A stretch of 56,001 nt of DNA from an uncultured Gammaproteobacteria bacterium (GTDB taxonomy: Bacteria; Patescibacteriota; Microgenomatia; UBA1406; GWC2-37-13). Of this stretch, positions 18,802-26,911 are shown piece by piece. A model generated the notes under the pieces. It did no database searches. It was given only the letters and a program-made list of their open reading frames with translations, and had not been told where the DNA came from. Location of the stretch: positions 1 to 56,001 of the forward strand of contig CAZNUT010000001.1 in NCBI GenBank assembly GCA_964576365.1. Direction: 5' to 3'. A program made the translations under genes and the position numbers. How positions within the stretch are numbered: position 1 is the first letter of the stretch; every line of letters starts with the position of its first letter.

Positions 18802-19860
18802 ATGCGTGCTGCAATCTGGAAAGGAAAAGAACAGCTTACTGTCACATCATGTGACAAACCACAGATCAAAAAAGGTGAAATTTTACTGAAAATTGTTGCC
18901 TGCGGTATTTGCGGAACTGATCTCAAAATCTATCAATATGGCCATCGCATCATACAACCACCCCGTATTCTGGGACATGAAATCGTAGGTATTGTAGAAC
19001 AAAATAACTCTTCAAAAAAAATACTCAAAATCGGAACTCCTGTCATCGTCGTCACGCCAGTAGGCTGTATGAAATGTGCATACTGTAAAAAAGGGAAACA
19101 AAATATGTGTCCGCAAGTCACTGATAAAGCAAAGTCAATCGGCTACTACACAGATGGTGGGTTTGCAGAATATATACGAATACCCAAAGAAGCAGTTGAC
19201 CAAGACGTGCTTATTCCAATACCCAAAACAACACAGCCGCTCGCGCACTTTACACTTTGTGAACCACTTTCCTGTGTCATAAACGGGCAGGAAAAACTTC
19301 ATATCTCATCTGAGGATACTGTGCTTATTCTTGGAGCTGGACCTATAGGATGCCTCCATGCCTGTCTGGCTCGCTCGTCAGGAGCAAAAAAAATCATATT
19401 ATGCGACATCTCGAAAGAAAAACTGGATCTTGCCAAACATATGCCAGCAGACTTATTTGTACATCATCAAAATGGAGCACTTGAAGACATCATCAAAAAG
19501 GAAACAGCCGCAGGTGCGGATGTAGTCATAGTCGCGGCACCATCCGGAGAGGGCCAGGAAGATGCGGTACGTTTTGCCGCACCAATGGGACGTATTTCAT
19601 TTTTTGGCGGACTTCCTCCATCTCATCCCCGTATAGCGCTTGACAGCAATAGAGTGCATTATAAGGAACTTGAGCTCTATGGTGCCTTTGCTTCTGCCCG
19701 GACTCAGTATGTAGAAGCAATGAATCTTATTCTTAACAAAAAAATTGATGCAAATATGTTTATGACTCACACGCTCAGTTTAGAAAATATCCTTGATGCG
19801 TTTACCCTGATGAAGCAACATCAAGCAATCAAAATAAACATCTGCCCATCAAGCAAGTAG
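18802..19860 (+). CDS. zinc-dependent MDR alcohol/polyol dehydrogenase
   Basis: CGICGTDLKIY...GHEIVG. Structural-zinc Cys cluster CMKCAYCKKGKQNMC. GAGPIG Rossmann motif. Confidence 0.85.
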   Translation: MRAAIWKGKEQLTVTSCDKPQIKKGEILLKIVACGICGTDLKIYQYGHRIIQPPRILGHEIVGIVEQNNSSKKILKIGTPVIVVTPVGCMKCAYCKKGKQNMCPQVTDKAKSIGYYTDGGFAEYIRIPKEAVDQDVLIPIPKTTQPLAHFTLCEPLSCVINGQEKLHISSEDTVLILGAGPIGCLHACLARSSGAKKIILCDISKEKLDLAKHMPADLFVHHQNGALEDIIKKETAAGADVVIVAAPSGEGQEDAVRFAAPMGRISFFGGLPPSHPRIALDSNRVHYKELELYGAFASARTQYVEAMNLILNKKIDANMFMTHTLSLENILDAFTLMKQHQAIKINICPSSK

Positions 19861-19976
19861 CATGTAATCGAAAGTTGATTTCCAAACACATATTTCTCAT
19901 ATTGAAATACCAATAATCATTCATTTTTAACTCTTCAATTTAATTTTTAATTTAGAACTAAAAAACGTTACAAAGT

Positions 19977-21020
19977 ATGAGTCGTATCAAACTCCCAATC
20001 ACATCTACCCAATACATTCTCACTCGCCCTTACCATTTTTCAAGCAAACAGTGTGTTATTTCTTCAATACCTCCAGGATATAGGCTTGTGCAGTTACTTT
20101 ATGCCGCGATCTGCGGTTCTGATTTGCAATATTATCGAGGGGATAAATCTCCTGAAAAATTAACTAAACGTTTACCACTTATTCCTTTGCATGAAGGGAT
20201 TTGTAAAGATGTTCAAACAGGGGAGCGGTTTATTCCATTAGCAGGTGACTTTCGACATACACCTCTTGAGTATCAAAAGCGTCCAAATATCTGGCCCGAT
20301 CTGCCCTATCTTGGCGCAACCATGTCAGGACTTGCGCAAACATATTTTATTTATCCCGAAGAATTATTATTACCAGTTTCTGATCAAATAAACGACGAAG
20401 TTGCATGTCTCGTCGAACCTGTATCTATCGTGATACATGCATTGAGAACATTATCGCCAAAACGTGACATTTCAATCTCTTTGATCGGTACTGGCGGCAT
20501 TGCACGTCTCATACTCCTTACACTACGTTTTCTAGCCAAAATACCAAAAAAACAAATCACCGTATATGGAATACATGAAGAAGCACTCAAGCCTCTAGAA
20601 AAACTAGCCAAAACAATCAATTACGACAAAAAAAATGCAACATATCCTCCTTCTCACCAGCTAGTCATTGAGGCGGTAGGAGGCAAACATATGACACAAA
20701 CCATGACGCTTGCATCAGACCTTGTTAAGCCTGGGGGCACGATAGGCATTTTGGGTATAGCAGATATGTCACTTCCTCTGCGCCTTGACCAAATTGTCAA
20801 TCGTCAGATCAGACTTCAGGGCATCACCCGTTCAACACCGAATGATTATAAAAAAGCCATCTCCTTTTTAAAAAACAAAAAAATACAGCAATACATTTCA
20901 CAACAGATAATAACAGACGTGATTCCGGTTTCATCGCTCTCAACATTTCAAAAAGCCTTTCAACAGGCTGATAAAAATAAAACCGGCGGAAGAATGCTGA
21001 TCAAATTTTTATCCCCATGA
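19977..21020 (+). CDS. MDR-family dehydrogenase, TarJ-like (possible pentulose-5-phosphate reductase)
   Basis: AAICGSDLQYYRGDKSPEKLTKRLPLIPLHEG resembles my recollection of ribulose-5-P reductase (TarJ) N-termini. It is translationally coupled (ATGA) to a nucleotidyltransferase-like gene, as in tarIJ. Confidence 0.55.
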   Translation: MSRIKLPITSTQYILTRPYHFSSKQCVISSIPPGYRLVQLLYAAICGSDLQYYRGDKSPEKLTKRLPLIPLHEGICKDVQTGERFIPLAGDFRHTPLEYQKRPNIWPDLPYLGATMSGLAQTYFIYPEELLLPVSDQINDEVACLVEPVSIVIHALRTLSPKRDISISLIGTGGIARLILLTLRFLAKIPKKQITVYGIHEEALKPLEKLAKTINYDKKNATYPPSHQLVIEAVGGKHMTQTMTLASDLVKPGGTIGILGIADMSLPLRLDQIVNRQIRLQGITRSTPNDYKKAISFLKNKKIQQYISQQIITDVIPVSSLSTFQKAFQQADKNKTGGRMLIKFLSP

Positions 21021-21736
21021 AATTGATTATTCCCCTGGCTGCAGACGCAACTGATTTTAAAACATTCAAACCATTTGTGATGGTGCAAAACCAGCCTTTG
21101 ATTTCTCTCATCATGAGACAGCATGATATATCGTACTACTCCTCAATAACTTTTATCATCCGGAAAGATCAAGAGCAGAGATACCAAATCACCAAACAAC
21201 TACATCAGTTTTTTTCCTTTTCATTTGAAATCAAACAAATTGACTATAAAACTAACGGCGCACCTTGCACCATACTTAAAGCGATGGAATCAGAAATAAC
21301 ACATGACGAGCCTATCCTGGTTGAACTCGCAGACGTACTTCGTGACCTCACTCCGCTATATGCACAACTGGGTAATACGCCCCAACTTACCCATATCGTG
21401 CCTGTCCAATCTCACACCTATTTTAAAAACAGATTGTGGGGGTATGTAGAATTAAAAGGGGGAAGTGAAGATGTTGCGGTGCTAAATGAAAAAATAACAC
21501 CTTCAAAACCGGGTATTGCCACTATGGGACTGTATCATTTTGCACGGGGGCAAGACTTTGTGAGAGCAGCTCGGAATATGATGCAAAATAAATCTTTTCT
21601 CTACAAAAATAATTATTTTGTGGGACCAGTCTACAACGAACTTATTAAGTCAGGACATGACGTGCAGATGTGTGAAGTGAACATCAAAGCTTTGCTGGGT
21701 AATCCGGAAGACGTAATCAAACTTGACAGTTTTTAA
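21017..21736 (+). CDS. nucleotidyltransferase-fold protein with degenerate N-terminal signature
   Basis: Paralog of the 22954..23685 product (shared TNGAPCTILKAM/TEGPVCTVLVAM, GLYHF/GIYYF, GPVYNELIKSGHDV/CPLYNMVIKNGGKV). The GxGxR signature MAGRGSRF is replaced by LAADATDF. Confidence 0.55.
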   Translation: MKLIIPLAADATDFKTFKPFVMVQNQPLISLIMRQHDISYYSSITFIIRKDQEQRYQITKQLHQFFSFSFEIKQIDYKTNGAPCTILKAMESEITHDEPILVELADVLRDLTPLYAQLGNTPQLTHIVPVQSHTYFKNRLWGYVELKGGSEDVAVLNEKITPSKPGIATMGLYHFARGQDFVRAARNMMQNKSFLYKNNYFVGPVYNELIKSGHDVQMCEVNIKALLGNPEDVIKLDSF

Positions 21737-21807
21737 AGTAGGTTTTAGCTGATTAGTGATAAACATCATTGCAGGAGCAAAGCAACGAAAAAATCTGTTT
21801 ACACGTC

Positions 21808-21827
21808 ATCCTGAACTGATTCAGGAT
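21808..21827. repeat. hairpin atcctgaa-ctga-ttcaggat
   Basis: Perfect 8-bp stem. Same stem sequence as 6151-6171 apart from one compensated pair. Confidence 0.7.
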
Positions 21828-21995
21828 CTGAATGCTTCTCCCGCTACAGGCGGACAAACACAATGACGACTATCAACTATTGAATACCTGAAATCCCAAG
21901 TCCCTGAATCACTGAGCGGCTGAGTTGCTGAGTTGCTACTTTACAAACTTTATAAAGAGACAAACTGACTGATAAAGTATCTCTGACTCTGTCAC

Positions 21996-22005
21996 ACTGT
22001 ATAAT
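21996..22005 (+). promoter_or_regulatory. -10-like box ACTGTATAAT, 5 nt upstream of the GDPD ATG
   Basis: Perfect TATAAT at 22000-22005. The identical 10-mer occurs at 23734-23743 upstream of the next-but-one gene. Confidence 0.5.
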
Positions 22006-22010
22006 TTCCT

Positions 22011-22784
22011 ATGCATATCTTTGCCCATCGTGGACTTCTTGAAGAATATCCTGAAAACTCACTCACTGCGCTTATTGAAGCAGTGAAAAGAGGGTATGCA
22101 ATCGAGACAGATTTACGTCTGACAAAAGATGGTGATTTTGTCATCATCCACGATGATAATTTTGAACGACTTGCAGAAGATGCAAGAAAAGTAGCACAAC
22201 TCACTGTACAAGAAATCGAAAACATACCATACATAAACTCGACAGAACGTTTTATTTCACTCAAGACTTTTTTAGATGCAATAAACAAACTGGATACCAA
22301 GCCACAGCTTGCACTTCATCTCAAAGCCGATAGCCAAAACAACAGAGCATATCAGAAACTTTCTGACTATTGGAAAAAATATGAGCTACATAACCACGCA
22401 TTTGTATTCGATCTGACCCGTGATGCTGCTCAAAATCTCAAGCAAGTAAATCCAGAAATCAAAATAGCTTATATCATCTCTGAAACAAAATTTGAGCACA
22501 CCATCAATCTCTGGGATGAAGTGAAAGATGACCCGCATTTTGATATTGTCTGGGCAGCTGAGTATCGTCATTTTTATTCACAGACGCTATTGGCAGAAAT
22601 GAAGTCAAAAAAAAAGACAGTATATTGTATGTCGCCGGACGTACACACTGCACTCGGTCATCCACTTGCATATCACGGCTACGAAGAGACATGGAAAAAA
22701 CTTATTAATTGGCACATCGACGGCATCTGCACAGACAAACCAGAGAAGCTCAAAAATTTAGAATTTCAATTACTGGGTCATTAG
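22011..22784 (+). CDS. glycerophosphodiester phosphodiesterase (GDPD) family protein
   Basis: FAHRGLLEEYPENSLTAL...IETDLRLTKDGDFVIIHDDN, the canonical GDPD catalytic motifs. Confidence 0.85.
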   Translation: MHIFAHRGLLEEYPENSLTALIEAVKRGYAIETDLRLTKDGDFVIIHDDNFERLAEDARKVAQLTVQEIENIPYINSTERFISLKTFLDAINKLDTKPQLALHLKADSQNNRAYQKLSDYWKKYELHNHAFVFDLTRDAAQNLKQVNPEIKIAYIISETKFEHTINLWDEVKDDPHFDIVWAAEYRHFYSQTLLAEMKSKKKTVYCMSPDVHTALGHPLAYHGYEETWKKLINWHIDGICTDKPEKLKNLEFQLLGH

Positions 22785-22953
22785 AAGTTTAGTTTTTTAG
22801 TCATTTAGTAGTTTAGCTAGTAGTAAATCTATTTCGCTCATTGTCTGCCGACAAGCAAACGCAATGACGATATATCAACTAACGCTCTCATCTACTAATA
22901 TACTAACCGACTAGTTTATAAACTTTATAACTTTAAAAACTTTATACACCAAA

Positions 22954-23685
22954 GTGAAAATTATTATTCCCATGGCCGGAAGAGGATCGCGCTTTGCAGG
23001 TAAAAAGATACCAAAGCCGTTTTTACCTGTTGCGGACAAACCTATGATCGCCTGGACTCTCATGAGCATCAAAAAAGCATTTCCTGATCTTGATCCTTCA
23101 GACCTGATTTTTATAGTACTTGAAGAACATGAGCACAATTTTGGCATCACAAAAAAAATAAAACACCTCGCCGGCGATTCCACTCATATTATTACGATTC
23201 CAGATGTAACTGAAGGACCTGTATGTACAGTGCTCGTTGCGATGCATCTTCTGGAGCCATATGAAGATTTTTTTACGGTAGACTGTGATCAATATTTTCT
23301 TGCACCCGACCTCACTGAAAAAATCTCAAACGCACGGGCGGAAAAACTAGCTGGACTCATACCCGTATGGCAAAGCAACAATCCAGCATACTCCTACATT
23401 CGCACTAACCAGAACGGAATAGTGATTGAAACCGCAGAAAAAAAAGTGATATCAAACAATGCTGCAATAGGGATTTATTACTTTGGTTCACGCACAGTGT
23501 ATGAAAAGGCAGCACAGGAAATGATCTCAAAGCGAATCATGACAAAAAATGAATTTTATATGTGTCCGCTTTACAATATGGTTATCAAAAATGGTGGAAA
23601 AGTACGCATAACAAATGTAAGCGACTGGATGACCATGGGAACACCTCCAGAACTCGCTCTTTTTGAGAAAAAAATCAATAGCTAA
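22954..23685 (+). CDS. sugar/polyol-phosphate nucleotidyltransferase (GT-A-like NTP-transferase fold)
   Basis: GTG start. MKIIIPMAGRGSRFAGKKIPKPFLPVADKPMI carries an intact GxGxR signature. Confidence 0.7.
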   Translation: MKIIIPMAGRGSRFAGKKIPKPFLPVADKPMIAWTLMSIKKAFPDLDPSDLIFIVLEEHEHNFGITKKIKHLAGDSTHIITIPDVTEGPVCTVLVAMHLLEPYEDFFTVDCDQYFLAPDLTEKISNARAEKLAGLIPVWQSNNPAYSYIRTNQNGIVIETAEKKVISNNAAIGIYYFGSRTVYEKAAQEMISKRIMTKNEFYMCPLYNMVIKNGGKVRITNVSDWMTMGTPPELALFEKKINS

Positions 23686-23692
23686 TCAACTT

Positions 23693-23741
23693 CTGTCTTC
23701 TGTTTACTGTAATCTGATTACTGTCGTCTGTTTACTGTATA
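23693..23741 (+). repeat. tandem degenerate heptamer array (CTGTNNN x7)
   Basis: ctgtctt ctgttta ctgtaat ctgatta ctgtcgt ctgttta ctgtata, in exact 7-nt phase. The last unit overlaps the TATAAT box. Confidence 0.85.
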
Positions 23742-23743
23742 AT
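23734..23743 (+). promoter_or_regulatory. -10-like box ACTGTATAAT, 8 nt upstream of the GT2 ATG (23752)
   Basis: Perfect TATAAT at 23738-23743. No SD sequence lies between the box and the ATG. Confidence 0.5.
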
Positions 23744-23751
23744 GACACCAA

Positions 23752-24546
23752 ATGATCCAAAAGGCATCTTCTCATTTTCTCAGCCTCATCATACCTTCAT
23801 ACCGTCAGGAAAAAACAATCATTCACAACCTCCTTCATATTAAAAAAGTGCTTGATACGATACGCTACGACTATGAAATGATCGTGGTAGTAGATGGCAC
23901 GGTAGATAATACGTTCCAACTTATCAAAAAAGCAAAAATACCCAAACTCACCTGCCTGGCATACAAACATAATCAGGGCAAAAGTTATGCGATCCGTCTT
24001 GGAATGAGCGAAGCAAAAGGGGACTATGTGATGTTTTTGGATTCAGGTATGGAGATCGACCCCAATGGCATCTCGATGTTGCTTGAACACATGGAATGGT
24101 ACGAAGCTGACATCATCGTCGGCTCCAAACGTCATCCTGCTTCAAAAGTTCATTATTCATTTTTACGTAGAATTTTGAGTTATGGATATTATTATTTTGT
24201 GAGATTTACATTTGGTGTCAACGTGCGAGATACTCAGGCGGGAATTAAAATTTTCAAGAAAAAAGTACTCGAAAAAATTCTGCCACGGCTGGTCGAAAAA
24301 AAATTTGCTGGTGATCTTGAGATGCTTGTTGTCGCTCGTCATTTGGGATATCACCGTATTTATGAAGCTCCAATACGTCTCGACTATGGTCTGAGCACCC
24401 TATCTTCTGCTGCTACCTGGCAGGCTATCTGGGGAATTTTTAAAGACACACTGGCAATTTTTTACCGTCTCCATATCATTCGTTATTACCATAAACCGAG
24501 AACACAAATACGTTTTGATCATGACAATATTATGAGAAGCGGTTAA
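23752..24546 (+). CDS. GT2 polyprenyl-phosphate hexosyltransferase-like enzyme (DPM1/GtrB/ArnC type)
   Basis: LSLIIPSYRQEKTI...MIVVVDGTVDNT...FLDSGMEIDP...RDTQAGIKIFKKKVL...FAGDLEML. Confidence 0.8.
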   Translation: MIQKASSHFLSLIIPSYRQEKTIIHNLLHIKKVLDTIRYDYEMIVVVDGTVDNTFQLIKKAKIPKLTCLAYKHNQGKSYAIRLGMSEAKGDYVMFLDSGMEIDPNGISMLLEHMEWYEADIIVGSKRHPASKVHYSFLRRILSYGYYYFVRFTFGVNVRDTQAGIKIFKKKVLEKILPRLVEKKFAGDLEMLVVARHLGYHRIYEAPIRLDYGLSTLSSAATWQAIWGIFKDTLAIFYRLHIIRYYHKPRTQIRFDHDNIMRSG

Positions 24547-24773
24547 ATATCATCTCTCTGTAGGTAGGAGCGGGATTTCGACTTATTAACATATTAACTT
24601 TTCTTAAAAGGTAAAAGCGAAAAGGTAATATATTTTTTACAACTAAGAAATAAGAATTAAGAAATAAGAATCATCTTCTTTCTTCTTCCTTAATTCTTCA
24701 TGATCATTATACATTGGACTTGGCACTCAGAAAGTAAGTCAACATCGCAAATAGTTATAAACTAATAAAATTA

Positions 24774-24815
24774 TCACCTACAACCTAACACTAAAACCTT
24801 AAACCTGACACCTGC
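24774..24815 (+). repeat. tandem degenerate heptamer array (NAACCTN x6)
   Basis: tcaccta caaccta acactaa aacctta aacctga cacctgc. Confidence 0.8.
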
Positions 24816-24839
24816 TTTACAAGCTTTATAAACTAACAT

Positions 24840-25967
24840 ATGCATATTCCTTTTGTCGATCTTACCACACAGTATGAACAGATAAAAAATGAAATTGATA
24901 GGGTTGTGCAAACAGTTTTTAAACATGGACAATTTATTCAAGGTCCAGAGGTCACTTCTTTTGAAAATGAATTTGCAACTTTCGTGGGAAGCAAGCATTG
25001 TATCAGTCTTAATTCTGGAACAGATGCGCTCATACTAGGTTTGAGAGCACTCGGATTTAAACCAGGGGACGAAATTATAATACCGGTTAATACCTTCATC
25101 GCAACAGCACTTGGTGCATCTGAAAACGGCTTAAAACCTGTTTTTGTCGATACCGATCCTCACGATCATGGCATTGATATTTCAGATCTTAAACGGAAAA
25201 TAAATCCAAAAACAAAGGCTGTCATTTGCGTTCACCTCTACGGTCAACCAGATAAAATCCACGAAATACAACAAGTTATCCAACAAAAGAACCATAACAT
25301 AGCTCTGATTGAGGATGCCTGCCAGTCTCACAACGCATACTACAAAGAAAAAATGACAGGAACATATGGTATTTTCGGCGCATTTTCATTTTACCCTGGT
25401 AAAAATCTTGGCGCTTATGGTGATGGAGGAGCCATAGTAACCAATAATGATGCACTCGCAATCAAAGTGAAACATCTACGTGAATATGGTCAGAAAAAAA
25501 AATATTTTCATGACGAAGTAGGAATAAATACCAGGCTGGATACTTTGCAGGCCGCTATTCTCCGAGTGAAACTACATCATCTAAATAGCTGGACGCAAAA
25601 GCGCCAACAAGTAGCATCTTGGTATCAAACTAGCCTAGAGAAGCTTTCTTCAACTACAATACCCCTCTCAAACCTTAAAGATAGAATGAGTGTCTTTCAT
25701 CTTTATGTCATTCGTCATCCTCATCGTGACGCATTAATGCGCTTTTTAACAGAAAAGGGTGTTGTCACTCTTATTCATTATCCGCTCCCCTTACATCTAC
25801 AAAAAGCTTATGCATATTTAGGATATAAAAAAAATGATTTTCCTCAAGCGGAGCGTATTGCAAATGAAATTCTTTCATTACCTATGTACCCAGAAATGAC
25901 AAAAGAAATGGTGGAGTATATCGTGGATATGATTGCATTATTTGATACTACTTATCATCCATCATGA
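24840..25967 (+). CDS. DegT/DnrJ/EryC1/StrS-family PLP-dependent sugar aminotransferase
   Basis: IPFVDLTTQYEQIKNEID...FENEFATFVG...SFYPGKNLGAYGDGGAIVTN (Lys present). Confidence 0.9.
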   Translation: MHIPFVDLTTQYEQIKNEIDRVVQTVFKHGQFIQGPEVTSFENEFATFVGSKHCISLNSGTDALILGLRALGFKPGDEIIIPVNTFIATALGASENGLKPVFVDTDPHDHGIDISDLKRKINPKTKAVICVHLYGQPDKIHEIQQVIQQKNHNIALIEDACQSHNAYYKEKMTGTYGIFGAFSFYPGKNLGAYGDGGAIVTNNDALAIKVKHLREYGQKKKYFHDEVGINTRLDTLQAAILRVKLHHLNSWTQKRQQVASWYQTSLEKLSSTTIPLSNLKDRMSVFHLYVIRHPHRDALMRFLTEKGVVTLIHYPLPLHLQKAYAYLGYKKNDFPQAERIANEILSLPMYPEMTKEMVEYIVDMIALFDTTYHPS

Positions 25968-26857
25968 CATCATCTCGCATATTACTGACAGGAAGAGGAA
26001 CTCTCGCGGCAAACTGTCTGGATATACTATATAAGGAAGGATATGCGCCGCTTTGTATCATTTGCGATATAACTGATAATGGTGTTGACACCTGGATTCG
26101 CTCACTGTGGAAAGCGGCATTAGAAAAAGGATATACGCCCGATGTAAATTTATTTAAAACTCGCAAAGTAAATGATCCGCACTTTATTACAATGCTGAGA
26201 AACAAATTTGGACAATTTCATACTCTTTTTTCGCTTCAGCCATACTCACTGTTTCGTATGCCTTTTATACACCTTGCAGATCAAGTGATAAATATGCACT
26301 TTGGCCCATTACCAAAACTCAGAGGTGTGGCTCCATGCTCCTGGGCCATACTTGATGGTCTCGACAAAACCGGTATCACCTTACACCTTATCCAGGATGA
26401 AGGAATCGACAATGGACCCATCATCACACAAACATTGTTTCATATCGACGAGACTGATACTGCTGAAACTATTTTTAAAAGATGTACTGAAGAAGCAATA
26501 ACATTGTTTCAAACACATTTTGATATGATACTGACTAAAACTTACAAAACTACCCCACAAAACGAAAACGAAGCGACGTATCACCCGATGGGTGAGTTAG
26601 ACTTTGAACTCATGCAAATCCCACAAGATATCTCCACTGATCAGGCATTACGATTTGCGAAAGCTCGTATTTTTCCTGCAAAACAGTGTCCTTTTTTTCT
26701 TGATACTAAAAAGCAGAAAGTAACAATTCTGAATCTGCGCAGAAATGATAAATTAAAATCAGAGATGTATATAACAAAAAACAAAACATCGTATGTATTA
26801 TCCTATGACGATGGTGCTTTAGAAGTATATGATTGGAAAATAAATAACATTGTTTAA
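25964..26857 (+). CDS. sugar N-formyltransferase (formyl_trans_N family) with extra C-terminal domain
   Basis: INMHFGPLPKLRGVAPCSWAILDG (Asn-x-His plus an SLLP-like loop) and IQDEGIDNGPII (catalytic Asp region). ATGA overlap with the aminotransferase. Confidence 0.8.
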   Translation: MTSSRILLTGRGTLAANCLDILYKEGYAPLCIICDITDNGVDTWIRSLWKAALEKGYTPDVNLFKTRKVNDPHFITMLRNKFGQFHTLFSLQPYSLFRMPFIHLADQVINMHFGPLPKLRGVAPCSWAILDGLDKTGITLHLIQDEGIDNGPIITQTLFHIDETDTAETIFKRCTEEAITLFQTHFDMILTKTYKTTPQNENEATYHPMGELDFELMQIPQDISTDQALRFAKARIFPAKQCPFFLDTKKQKVTILNLRRNDKLKSEMYITKNKTSYVLSYDDGALEVYDWKINNIV

Positions 26858-26911
26858 AATGGAACACGTATATAAATAAATGAATCATCAATATACTTTT
26901 TTTTAAGAAAT

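Noticed and set aside
24562-24586. gtaggtaggagcgggatttcgactt, which resembles a tRNA T-arm/3' end and so might be a tRNA fragment or att-site remnant.
   Set aside because: There is no GTTCGAATC-type T-loop, no acceptor-stem complement and no CCA context. No integrase is nearby. The similarity is too short.
24645-24705. Short direct repeats (aagaaat...) that could superficially suggest a CRISPR-like or minisatellite array.
   Set aside because: The units are 7 nt with no spacers, and the second half is the inverted complement. No cas genes are present. This is better described as a heptamer array or imperfect hairpin.
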